From Spirochaetaceae bacterium (GTDB lineage Bacteria > Spirochaetota > Spirochaetia > DSM-2461), in contig JAOPTT010000002.1 of assembly GCA_051531975.1 (NCBI GenBank), positions 409,968-473,967 of the forward strand: a DNA stretch of 64,000 nucleotides, read 5' to 3'. Below the pieces are notes generated by a model. It saw nothing but the letters and a program-made list of their open reading frames with translations. It was not told where the DNA came from and did not search any database. A program made the translations under genes and the position numbers. Below are positions 29,640 to 39,494 of this stretch, one piece after another; the stretch's first letter is position 1; each line of letters begins with the position of its first letter.

Positions 29640-30931
29640 ACTAAGTCCTCTGGAATCGATTGGGCATCAACTAGATCTTTCATAAATATTCGAGGTCTAA
29701 TAATATGATATTTACCACTGTATATTAATACTTCAGGTGCTATATCATGGCTTAGAAAAAATGGCATACTTTCCGCATATCCATATGCTCCAGCACAAAA
29801 AACACCTATATAATCACCAATTTGACTATTAACTGGAAGTTCAATATCTTTCCCTAAAAAGTCTATGGATGTACAAAGACTACCACCTACATCATACTTT
29901 TTAAAATCATCCTCAGTTCTAGAGATATTAAAAGTTGGTTGAGAGACCTCAATTAATGCAGGTCGCAGAAGATGCTGGGCTCCACCATCAACTAAAAGAT
30001 AGTCTCTGCCTCTAGAGTGTTTTTTATCGATTACTTCTGTAATATATACCCCACACTGTCCGGCTAAATACCTACCTGGTTCAGTTATAATTCTTGTATT
30101 ATTATCTTTAATAAATGGGTATTGGTTTATTAATTTGGTTACTTCAAAACTTAAACCTTCAATATTAAATTCTGGATCATCATCTGAATAAGGGATACTT
30201 AAACCACCACCAACATCTATAGACTCTACTTTAAAGTGCTTATCATCTAGCTCTTTAGCAAGCTTGAAGCAGTTCTCCATATTACTTAAGAAACTTTTAC
30301 ATTCCCTAATACCTGTGCCAGCATAAATATGGATTCCCTGTAGTCTAATATTTTTTAGTTTTTGTGCTTCTATAATTACATCAGATATTGTCTCTGAGTC
30401 TATTCCAAATTTTTTAGAACCGCCACCTAAACTAACAACAACACCTTCAATCTCAAACTCGGGGTTAATTCTTAATTCAACATCCATAATTGTATTTTTA
30501 GATGATGCAACCCGGTCTATACGTCTAATTTCATTAATACTTTCTGCGTTAACTGCATATATGCCCATATCTATTGCTATTTCAATATCTTCATCTGTTT
30601 TAGATGGACCACCAAAAACAATGTCTTTAGGGTTCATTCCGAGTTTTTTACAAACGTATAACTCACCTGCCGATGCTACTTCTACACCGGCACCCATTGA
30701 TACAAACTGCTTCACAATTGAAATATTTGCATTGGCCTTCATTGCATAAAAAATATCAACCTCTTTAGGTAGATTATCTCTTAAATAGTTATATCTATTT
30801 TTTATTGTCTGGGCATCGTATATAAAAAGTGGTGTTCCAACCTCTTTAACAATTCTATTTATATCTACTCCAGAAATTTGAAGTCTACTATTTTCTAAAT
30901 TAAAACTACTACTTATATCAGTTACGTTCAT
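29636..30931 (-). CDS. lysA: Diaminopimelate decarboxylase
   Basis: YAMKAN, HIYAGT, DVGGG, EPGRY, LCTSID, GAYG. Confidence 0.85.
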   Translation of the reverse strand: MNVTDISSSFNLENSRLQISGVDINRIVKEVGTPLFIYDAQTIKNRYNYLRDNLPKEVDIFYAMKANANISIVKQFVSMGAGVEVASAGELYVCKKLGMNPKDIVFGGPSKTDEDIEIAIDMGIYAVNAESINEIRRIDRVASSKNTIMDVELRINPEFEIEGVVVSLGGGSKKFGIDSETISDVIIEAQKLKNIRLQGIHIYAGTGIRECKSFLSNMENCFKLAKELDDKHFKVESIDVGGGLSIPYSDDDPEFNIEGLSFEVTKLINQYPFIKDNNTRIITEPGRYLAGQCGVYITEVIDKKHSRGRDYLLVDGGAQHLLRPALIEVSQPTFNISRTEDDFKKYDVGGSLCTSIDFLGKDIELPVNSQIGDYIGVFCAGAYGYAESMPFFLSHDIAPEVLIYSGKYHIIRPRIFMKDLVDAQSIPEDLV

Positions 30932-30932
30932 A

Positions 30933-32075
30933 TTAACTCCAACTATTAAACAAATCTGTAATGCGGTTTAATGCTTCTTTTAGGTCATTAAATTCCACGG
31001 CAAACGATAGCCTTATATGATTATCTCCCCGATCTCCAAATGCAACTCCTGGAATAGTTAAAACATTAACTTCTTCCAGTATTTTATGGGCAACTTCCTT
31101 TGATTTCCCAAACTTTGATATATCTGGGAAAATGTAGAAAGCACCCTCGGGTTTGACTACTTTGATGTTTTTTATTCCTGATAAAACTTTATAGACATAA
31201 TCCCTTTTTAATTTTAAGTCTGATCTTACATCTTCTACAAACTGATCGGAACTACCATCTAAGGATTTTATCGCAGTATATTGTGATACTGAGGAAGCAC
31301 AGGTAGAAATATATTGATTTGCAACTACCATTGGTTTTGCTATTTCTATTGGACTAACTGTCCAACCGATTCTTAAACCTGTTGCAGCTCCACGTTTAGA
31401 TATTCCATCTACAATTATTACTCTATCTGAAAATGTATATGGGCTTACTGGTTTTGCCCCGTCTATATATAGTTCACTATAAATTTCATCTGAAATAATG
31501 TAAAAGTCTCTTTTTTTTGCTAATTCTGCTAATTTTTTTACATCTTCCAAGGGTAGTATTGATCCCGTTGGATTATTTGGACTGTTTATAACAACAAATT
31601 TTGTTCTGTTTGTAATTAAATCTTCTAGACTGTTAATATCTAGGGAGAAGTCCTCATTCATTTTAAATGTTTTGACTTTTGAACCCTGAAGGCATGCGAT
31701 TGTATCATACACAGAAAATGCTACTTCTGGGATTAAAATCTCATCCGTGGGTTCTAAAAAAGTATATAGGATATTCCACAAAGCACCTTCTGCACCATTA
31801 GTTACCACAACCTGTTCTGGTAGTATATGCTTTTTTGTTTTTATAGAGTGATAATTTGCTATTAACTCCCTAAGTTCTAGCATACCTTGGTTAGAAGTAT
31901 ACCTAGTAATACCCAAAGAGAATGCTTTTTGACCTTGTTCCAGCATTGAAGAGGGTATATCGTTTGGAAGCTGTCCAATACCTAAGTTAATTGTATTTTC
32001 CCTAGCCAGTGCGTTCATCTTCCTAATTTCCGATATACCTATACCGTGAAAACTACTCTTTGGGTTTAAACTCAT
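30933..32075 (-). CDS. dapC: Class I/II PLP aminotransferase, probable N-succinyl-DAP aminotransferase
   Basis: NSPNNPTG, SDEIY, SKRGAATGLRIG; lies between dapD and lysA. Confidence 0.7.
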   Translation of the reverse strand: MSLNPKSSFHGIGISEIRKMNALARENTINLGIGQLPNDIPSSMLEQGQKAFSLGITRYTSNQGMLELRELIANYHSIKTKKHILPEQVVVTNGAEGALWNILYTFLEPTDEILIPEVAFSVYDTIACLQGSKVKTFKMNEDFSLDINSLEDLITNRTKFVVINSPNNPTGSILPLEDVKKLAELAKKRDFYIISDEIYSELYIDGAKPVSPYTFSDRVIIVDGISKRGAATGLRIGWTVSPIEIAKPMVVANQYISTCASSVSQYTAIKSLDGSSDQFVEDVRSDLKLKRDYVYKVLSGIKNIKVVKPEGAFYIFPDISKFGKSKEVAHKILEEVNVLTIPGVAFGDRGDNHIRLSFAVEFNDLKEALNRITDLFNSWS

Positions 32076-32076
32076 T

Positions 32077-33294
32077 TTATCCTCTTAGTGCTTCTTCTAA
32101 TGCGTAAGCTCTATCAGCGGTAGAATTTATATATTTTGCAATAAGTGGTGTTAACTTTAAAGTTCCTAAACTTGAAACAGACATTGATGGTATAACCAAT
32201 GCTCCTACAGGAATTTCTGGACCATAACTTGGATCTTTTTCTGTAATAACTTTACCAACACTATAGGTTTTAATCTCACCACCCATTTCGTGGGTAATTA
32301 ACTCGCATACACCCTTTGATGTATAAGCTACATTATTGATTGGATCTAAAACAGGTGTTGCTTTTGAGATATGAACACCAGGTGCTAATGTAACTAAGTC
32401 ACCTAATCTGGCACCTTGTGTTACCCCAGTACCTTCTCCAAGTAGAACGTGGTCTCCAATAATTACTGGTGTTGCTTCAACTGGATCTAATACACCACCA
32501 ATAATTGCTCCAGCACTAATATGACAATCTCTACCAATTTGTGCACAACTTCCCGCTAAGTTTTCAACCATAGTACCAGCACCTACATGGGCACCTACAT
32601 TAGCATAAGCTGGAGGCATAAAAACACAACCTTCCCCTGCATAGGCTCCACGTCTTAAACCTGCAGCTGGAGGAACAACTCTAAAGCCCTCTTTACCAGT
32701 TAACTTTCGTACAGGAAATGTATCTTTATCGGTAAAACCGATATCGGAACTACCATTATAGACAGTAATATTACCCAGGGGGAAACCTAACATTATACCA
32801 TTTTTTACCCACTGATTAGCCTGCCACTTACCATCAATAATCTGGGAAGTTCTTAGATAACCCGCTTCCAATAAGTCCATAACCTTATTAAAAGTTTCTA
32901 ATGCACCATCTCTGTCACTATTTAATTCACCAGCTTTTTTAAGAACTGTGTACTTTTCAACTTTTGCTTCTAAATAAGCAGGTACTTTATAATGAACTAC
33001 TGCTTTTACCCAGCTACCTTCTTTTATATTAAGTAGAAGATCTATATTGGGATGGGCGCCTGGGTTTGTTTTAGCATCTGCAGTATGTTCTGCAAACATC
33101 TCTAAACCTTTATCTGCTAATTTTTTATCAATATTTCCATTATCAAAACCAACTAAATTTGCATACACCTGTAAAGAACCTTTTTTACCATCAACATTTA
33201 GTATTGTTGTAAGAACTTTATCACCTGATACAATATCTATCTTTTCTAAACTATCCACTGGTTTCAGTGTTTCTAATATTTCCTTGAATTTCAT
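32077..33294 (-). CDS. dapD: Tetrahydrodipicolinate N-succinyltransferase with an N-terminal DUF2322-like domain
   Basis: NQWVKNGI, RVVPP, GSCAQIG, GGVLDP hexapeptide repeats; N-terminal GKKGSLQVY...FAEHTADA..NPGAHPNIDLL. Confidence 0.85.
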   Translation of the reverse strand: MKFKEILETLKPVDSLEKIDIVSGDKVLTTILNVDGKKGSLQVYANLVGFDNGNIDKKLADKGLEMFAEHTADAKTNPGAHPNIDLLLNIKEGSWVKAVVHYKVPAYLEAKVEKYTVLKKAGELNSDRDGALETFNKVMDLLEAGYLRTSQIIDGKWQANQWVKNGIMLGFPLGNITVYNGSSDIGFTDKDTFPVRKLTGKEGFRVVPPAAGLRRGAYAGEGCVFMPPAYANVGAHVGAGTMVENLAGSCAQIGRDCHISAGAIIGGVLDPVEATPVIIGDHVLLGEGTGVTQGARLGDLVTLAPGVHISKATPVLDPINNVAYTSKGVCELITHEMGGEIKTYSVGKVITEKDPSYGPEIPVGALVIPSMSVSSLGTLKLTPLIAKYINSTADRAYALEEALRG

Positions 33295-33377
33295 ATTTTA
33301 CCCTTTAAACTAATATAATAAAGTAATACTACATAAAAATGAGATTTAAATAAATATAATACAGGTTAATAGAATGT

Positions 33378-36300
33378 TTAATTATTAAAATAACCTTCCA
33401 ATAACTCTACAGCATCCTTCATTTTATATCGCCCAACAAGTTTCTGGGCATCTTTAATCAGAGAAATTTGGGATTCATTAATCTCTGAACCTAAGAGATC
33501 TACCATAAGATCCTTGGCTGGCTTTGGCTTTCGTGAATTTAGATGACCAATAATACTCCTAATTTTACCATTTATCTGGTCTTCACTTATTTTATTAAGT
33601 GGTACATTTGGTTTTTCTTCTTGGACTAATACGCCAGATTTATTAATATCATCGATTAACTCTAAAAGAATACCATCAACTGTTTTTAGATCCGATTCTA
33701 TTTCTAAATCATCCTTTAATAGCTGTTCTACATCTTTAAATTTCTCCTGTAGAATTGCCGACCCTATGTTTCCCGATATCCCTTTTACAGTGTGGGCAAG
33801 CCGGATAGCTTCCTCTTTTTTATCGTCTAGAAGTAGTTTTTTAAGATCTGCCGAGACACTACTATAGTTTTCTATAAATTGTTGTAAAATAGATTTATAG
33901 AGTTTTATATTACCAGCTACTCTAGTTACACCACCTTCGACATTTAGTCCGTCAATATTTGGTAGAATACCAACCTGGTGATTAACATCCATATTTGTAT
34001 ATTTAGTGGGTAACTCTCTATCTTCTTTTTTAATCCATCTGGCTAACGAGTGCCAGAGTTTATCTGTTTCTATAGGTTTTGTAATATAGTCGTTCATTCC
34101 TGTATCCATAACCTTGTGTCTAACCCCAGTCATAGCATCCGCAGTCATGGCAACAATAGGTAACTCTTTTGAGTCAAAAGTTTCACGAATCTTTAAGGTA
34201 GCGTCATAACCATCTAATACTGGCATCTGTAGATCCATTAAAATAATGTCATATTTCTTCTTTTCGCACATGTCTACAGATTCTTGGCCATTATTAGCAA
34301 TATCTACATAAAAACCTTCACCTTCTAGGAGCTCAATCGCTACTTGTTGGTTAATTTCGTTATCTTCAGTTAGAAGTATTAAAGCACCTCTAACCTGTTC
34401 AAAGCCCTCAGGATACTGGCTTTTATGCCGTCTTGCCCTTGTTACACCTTTAAAACCATAACAATCTAGAATAGAGTTTAGTAGCAGGGACTGATTAATA
34501 GGTTTTACAATTGAACCATCAAAGTTATTCTTTTTTATCTCTTTATCAATCTCTTCGCTATTAAAACCAGAAACTAATATAAATTTAGGATATTTTTTGA
34601 TTCCTAACACTTCTTTGATCTTTTTTGCAGTTTCAAATCCATTCATTCCAGGCATTTTATAGTCTATTAAAACGATATCAAATGTTTTACCACTCTTAAA
34701 TAGTTCTAGTGCTTCATAACCATCTTTAGCTGAGTCAATAATCATAGAAAAATCTGTTATATATTCCACTAATACGTCCCGGCTATTTTCATTATCGTCT
34801 ATAACCAAAATTTTAAGTTCTGTGATTTCAGGAGGTACAATCTCTTTTCTCTGATTTTTTGCAATATCTAATTCTGAAGTGAAGTAAAAATTTGATCCCT
34901 CACCTTCTATGCTTTCAACTCCAATTTGTCCATGCATTAATTCAACTAATCTTTTACTAATAGAGAGTCCTAAACCTGTTCCCCCATATTTTCTTGTTGT
35001 GGAGGTATCAGCCTGAGAAAATGCTTGAAACAGTTTGTTTTGCTGCTTATTACTTAGACCAATTCCAGTATCTTTTACATTATATTTAATAATTACAGTT
35101 TTATCATTTATTGATTCTAATACTGCCTGAACCATAATTTCACCACTTTCTGTGAATTTAATAGCATTATTAGTTAAGTTAAGAAGTATCTGACCAAGTC
35201 GTAATGGATCCCCAATTAAATTAATCGGTAGTTTTGTATCAACGTGGAATATAAGTTCTAGGCCCTTATCTTTAGCTTTTTCGCTAACTATACTTCCTAG
35301 GTCTTCAAAAACATTGTGTAGGTTTAGAGGAATTGATTCTATATTAAGTTTCCCAGCTTCAATTTTAGAGAAGTCTAAGATATCATTTATTATACCTAAT
35401 AAATTATTGGAAGAGTTATTAATTTTCCCAATATAGTCACTCTGCTTTTCTGTTAAATCTGTTTTAAGTATCAGATGAGACAGGCCAATTATTGCGTTCA
35501 TAGGTGTTCTGATTTCGTGGCTCATATTTGCAAGAAAATCACTTTTAGCTTTTGCAGCTTCAATTGCGTTCTCCTTAGCATCTATAAGTTCTGTCATATC
35601 TGTTGCAATACCAGCTATGGCAGTAAGTTCTCCAGAAACATTGTAAATAGGGAACTTTATAGATAAAAATGCTAACTCTTTTCCATTTTTTATATTTTTC
35701 TCTTCAGTTCGTACAGTATGCCTACCCTCTATTATCTCTAAATCAACTTTTCTATATCTTTTTCCAGCTTCTCCATATAACTCTTCATCTGTTTTTCCAA
35801 TAGTAGAACCAGGTTCAAAATCGTTTAACAGTTCCCAGTTTTTATTAGCTAACATATATTTACCATCTAAATCTTTAGCATAGATTAGGTTTCCACTGTT
35901 GTTAATTATAGATTCTAAGAATTTCTTATTCTCTTCTAAAGCTATATCAGCTCGTCTTTGCTCATCTATATCCCAAAAGTTCCCAGCGATTCTAACAATT
36001 TTACCATTTTCATATATAGGGTCCCCAGTAGTTCTTGCCCAAAATTCTCGGCCACTCCAGGATTTAAAAGATACAGTAAGGTCATATGGTATTCCCTCAG
36101 ATATGGCCAAATTAAATGCATCGGATACTTTCTGCTTATATTCACCTACGTAACAATCGATACTCTCTCCAACCCAATCTCGATCTGGCTCAGCAATCAT
36201 CATACTTTTTTCTATATCATGTAAACTATACAACTCGTCGGTCCAGAAAATTTTTGAAGATACTATATCAAACTCCCAACCACCCATTTTAGCAAGACGT

Positions 36301-39300
36301 AGAGATCGATTTAAGAAATCCTCACTCTTTCGTAGCTCACTGTCTTTTTTCTTCTGATCTGTAATATTCTGGTGTATTCCTACACAGTTACTGGCCGTTC
36401 CATTAGTACCGATATTAACAAGATATCGAACAAAAACATTATCTATTTCACCCTCTCCGTTCTTGACTCTATACTCAAATTCATCAAAATAACTTTCTGA
36501 ACTCTCCATCGCCTTAGTTATTCTAGAATTAAGAATGTGAACATCATCTTCCAATACAAATGTATTTAAAAAAGTTTCTGATGATAATATGTACCCATCA
36601 AAGTCCTCTTTATCTACTTTTAATATACGGTAAAACATATCGTTTAATGTAAACTGGAGAGTAGTTAAGTCTAAGGTCCAATGGGCAAGTTTTGCAGTCT
36701 CTGATGCAAAAACCATCTGCTGATTATAACCCAACAACTCTTTAGTTCTTTTATCTACACTCTCTTCTAGCTCTTCGTTCGATCTTTTAAGATATCTTGT
36801 TGCTTTTTCCCCAATAAAAATACCAAAAAGAGTTGTTGCAATACTTAATAACAGTACAATAGTAAGAATTAGAATCAGTATGTTCCGAAGATTATAATAC
36901 GTAGACATAGCTTCTTTTAAATCTATTTTTGTTGTTATTCCAAACTCATAGATTTCCGACCAATACCAGGTACCATAAACTTCACTGTTTCTATAATCAG
37001 GATACTCTGTAAGTTTAGAATCTAGAGCTGTAGTGAAACTCTTCTTAAGTGAATATTCATCTATATATTCATTGTTTTCGAATCTTGTAGGCGTAATTAT
37101 TTCCCCTACATCATTAAATGCATAGGTTTCTCCAGTAGAGCCAAAATGACCAAGAGAGAATAACCTAGAGAAATTAATATCACTTCTCTCTTCGAAAACT
37201 AATAGGCCAATAATTTTATTACCATCTTTTATTGGTGAGACATAATGAATATCTGAATCGTTTTCAATTGTCCTAGGTGGTATAAATGTTGTATCAAGAT
37301 ATTTATTTGGATTTAGTGTATATCTTTTTCCAACAATAGAACTATCTGATGAGTAGATAGTAGTAGCTCTGGAGTTAATTATATGAAAGTTCTCCCACTT
37401 GGATCTATTTATCTGCATTTTTAGGAAGCTATCAAGGTCACTATATTCACTACTGCTTAACCTATGGTTTAATGAAACTTTTTGTAGATCTTTAACCAGT
37501 TTAATAAGCCTAGAGTTCTCACTATTAATCTCTACTTCAGATAAATTATTGCTAATTATTATATCTAAGGTTTCATATATCGTTTTTAGTTGTAGCTCTA
37601 TTTTTTCTTTTGTTTCTGATAGTGATTTAAAATATATAGAGTTTAATGATGTATAAGTTAATAAAACAACAATTGTAATACTAACCCCTAGAGATATAGC
37701 ACTAAAAACTTTCATTCTGGTAACATTTAGCTTTTCATTATTGAAGTTTTTCTTTTTTACAAAAATTAAGATATTTAATAAAAAGACAATAAATATAATT
37801 ATAGATATTACTAATAGGATTGATCCTAAAGAGTTTTGTCTTGTTACCTCTAATTTGTCTTTTAAAGTTTTATCTTCTAACCATTTTTTATTTAATTTTG
37901 ATAATTCTAAATCTGTAACAACACTCATACTCTTATTTAATAGTGATAAAAGTTCTGGCCAATCCTTTCTAAGACCTAAACTTAAACTAAGTTCGCTATT
38001 ATCAAGTTCAGGCAGAGTCCCACCTTTTTTAAGATTAGATATAGAGTGTTTATTAATATAATAATTAACTACTGGCGAGAGTTCTTGGAGAATATCGGCA
38101 TCACCTTTAGATACGGCTAATATTAATTCTTCGGTATTGGTTATTCCAAGAGATTTTACCCCAGGTAGGTTTTTAATTATCTCTTCACTATATGTCCCTT
38201 TTTGATAAACAAATGTTTTACCTTTAATATCTTCTAAACTTCCAACTATTTGTTCTGTATTCCTTATATATAGAGTGGGATAAAACCCCATATATGGATT
38301 TGTAAAGTTCAAATGTTCTTTTCTAACTTCAGTTTCTAATATATTAAGTATTAAATCGACTTTGTTTTCTAAAATAGCACCTTTAGTTTCATTCCATCGG
38401 TGTTCAGTAGAAAACTGAACCTTAATACCAATAATATTAGCAAGCAGTTTAATATAATCTACAGAGTACCCTTGAGGTCTTCCACTTTTATTAAAATCAA
38501 ACGGGACCCATGTTTTATCATTATGGACAGTTATTACAGGGTTGTTTTCTATCCACCTTTTTTCATCCTGGGATATTTGAATTCTGCTTTCTTCAATTTC
38601 GTTATCAACAAATCCCCATTTTTCACCAATGGAGTTAACTTCATCTTTTGTTAAGCTGTTAATAGCCTTATTTAAAATATCTTCAAATCCTACCCAATCG
38701 GATCTTACACCAACATGGAGTTTTCCAGCATCTAAAGTATCATCCCCTGTTAGGCTCGCAAATTCTATATCACTTATATTATTCTCTTTTAGTAGATAAT
38801 TAATCACAGGTAATCTATCAAGAAAAACATCGGCTTTATCATATAAAACAAAAGTTAAAGCCTCTAGTGCCCCTTGGGCTATTACTAATTCTATTTCAGG
38901 ATAATTCTCCATTAGATAAGTATGTATAGTATATCCCTCTATAACTGCAATAGAACGGCCATTCATATCGGAAAGATCTTTTATTGGTGGTGTTCCCTTT
39001 TTTTTAAAAAGTGCTCTAGGAGTCTTTAAGATGTTATCTGAAAAGTTTAAATAGACTTTTCTATCTTCTGTAATAGCTACACTATGGACAAGGTCTATCT
39101 CTCTATTTTTTACCATTTGTAAAAGTTCAGCCCATGTATAACCATTTACCCACTCTACAGTGATCCCAAGTTTTTTTGCTAAAAGTTCAACATATTCTAT
39201 TGAGTAACCTGTAGGAACTCCATCTCTTACAAAATCAAAAGGAGGCCAATCCATTTCGTTAGAAACTTTAACTACATTGTGATCTTTAAGGAATTGTCTT

Positions 39301-39383
39301 TCCTGAGGAGTTAGCTGTATATCTGAGGCATAAATATTAAAATAGGATAATAAGAAAATTAAACAAAGTAGAACTTTTTTCAC
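33378..39383 (-). CDS. Hybrid sensor histidine kinase (2x SBP_bac_3, Cache-like, 3x PAS, HisKA/HATPase, 2x REC, Hpt)
   Basis: WPPFDF/WVPFDF flytraps, FLANMSHEIRTPMN, GGTGLGL, IDYKMP and MDLQMP, AHTVKG. Confidence 0.93.
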   Translation of the reverse strand: MKKVLLCLIFLLSYFNIYASDIQLTPQERQFLKDHNVVKVSNEMDWPPFDFVRDGVPTGYSIEYVELLAKKLGITVEWVNGYTWAELLQMVKNREIDLVHSVAITEDRKVYLNFSDNILKTPRALFKKKGTPPIKDLSDMNGRSIAVIEGYTIHTYLMENYPEIELVIAQGALEALTFVLYDKADVFLDRLPVINYLLKENNISDIEFASLTGDDTLDAGKLHVGVRSDWVGFEDILNKAINSLTKDEVNSIGEKWGFVDNEIEESRIQISQDEKRWIENNPVITVHNDKTWVPFDFNKSGRPQGYSVDYIKLLANIIGIKVQFSTEHRWNETKGAILENKVDLILNILETEVRKEHLNFTNPYMGFYPTLYIRNTEQIVGSLEDIKGKTFVYQKGTYSEEIIKNLPGVKSLGITNTEELILAVSKGDADILQELSPVVNYYINKHSISNLKKGGTLPELDNSELSLSLGLRKDWPELLSLLNKSMSVVTDLELSKLNKKWLEDKTLKDKLEVTRQNSLGSILLVISIIIFIVFLLNILIFVKKKNFNNEKLNVTRMKVFSAISLGVSITIVVLLTYTSLNSIYFKSLSETKEKIELQLKTIYETLDIIISNNLSEVEINSENSRLIKLVKDLQKVSLNHRLSSSEYSDLDSFLKMQINRSKWENFHIINSRATTIYSSDSSIVGKRYTLNPNKYLDTTFIPPRTIENDSDIHYVSPIKDGNKIIGLLVFEERSDINFSRLFSLGHFGSTGETYAFNDVGEIITPTRFENNEYIDEYSLKKSFTTALDSKLTEYPDYRNSEVYGTWYWSEIYEFGITTKIDLKEAMSTYYNLRNILILILTIVLLLSIATTLFGIFIGEKATRYLKRSNEELEESVDKRTKELLGYNQQMVFASETAKLAHWTLDLTTLQFTLNDMFYRILKVDKEDFDGYILSSETFLNTFVLEDDVHILNSRITKAMESSESYFDEFEYRVKNGEGEIDNVFVRYLVNIGTNGTASNCVGIHQNITDQKKKDSELRKSEDFLNRSLRLAKMGGWEFDIVSSKIFWTDELYSLHDIEKSMMIAEPDRDWVGESIDCYVGEYKQKVSDAFNLAISEGIPYDLTVSFKSWSGREFWARTTGDPIYENGKIVRIAGNFWDIDEQRRADIALEENKKFLESIINNSGNLIYAKDLDGKYMLANKNWELLNDFEPGSTIGKTDEELYGEAGKRYRKVDLEIIEGRHTVRTEEKNIKNGKELAFLSIKFPIYNVSGELTAIAGIATDMTELIDAKENAIEAAKAKSDFLANMSHEIRTPMNAIIGLSHLILKTDLTEKQSDYIGKINNSSNNLLGIINDILDFSKIEAGKLNIESIPLNLHNVFEDLGSIVSEKAKDKGLELIFHVDTKLPINLIGDPLRLGQILLNLTNNAIKFTESGEIMVQAVLESINDKTVIIKYNVKDTGIGLSNKQQNKLFQAFSQADTSTTRKYGGTGLGLSISKRLVELMHGQIGVESIEGEGSNFYFTSELDIAKNQRKEIVPPEITELKILVIDDNENSRDVLVEYITDFSMIIDSAKDGYEALELFKSGKTFDIVLIDYKMPGMNGFETAKKIKEVLGIKKYPKFILVSGFNSEEIDKEIKKNNFDGSIVKPINQSLLLNSILDCYGFKGVTRARRHKSQYPEGFEQVRGALILLTEDNEINQQVAIELLEGEGFYVDIANNGQESVDMCEKKKYDIILMDLQMPVLDGYDATLKIRETFDSKELPIVAMTADAMTGVRHKVMDTGMNDYITKPIETDKLWHSLARWIKKEDRELPTKYTNMDVNHQVGILPNIDGLNVEGGVTRVAGNIKLYKSILQQFIENYSSVSADLKKLLLDDKKEEAIRLAHTVKGISGNIGSAILQEKFKDVEQLLKDDLEIESDLKTVDGILLELIDDINKSGVLVQEEKPNVPLNKISEDQINGKIRSIIGHLNSRKPKPAKDLMVDLLGSEINESQISLIKDAQKLVGRYKMKDAVELLEGYFNN

Positions 39384-39455
39384 AGGGAGATCTCCTGTTT
39401 AAAATTATATGATATATAAACAACAATGAACAACATTTTTACTTTTTTTATTAAA

Positions 39456-39481
39456 GATGCCACCGCTTATGCAGTGACACC
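39456..39481 (-). terminator. Terminator after the GH3 gene
   Basis: GGTGTCACTGC-ataa-GCGGTGGCATC-TTT on the - strand. Confidence 0.65.
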
Positions 39482-39494
39482 AAAATAGGATATT

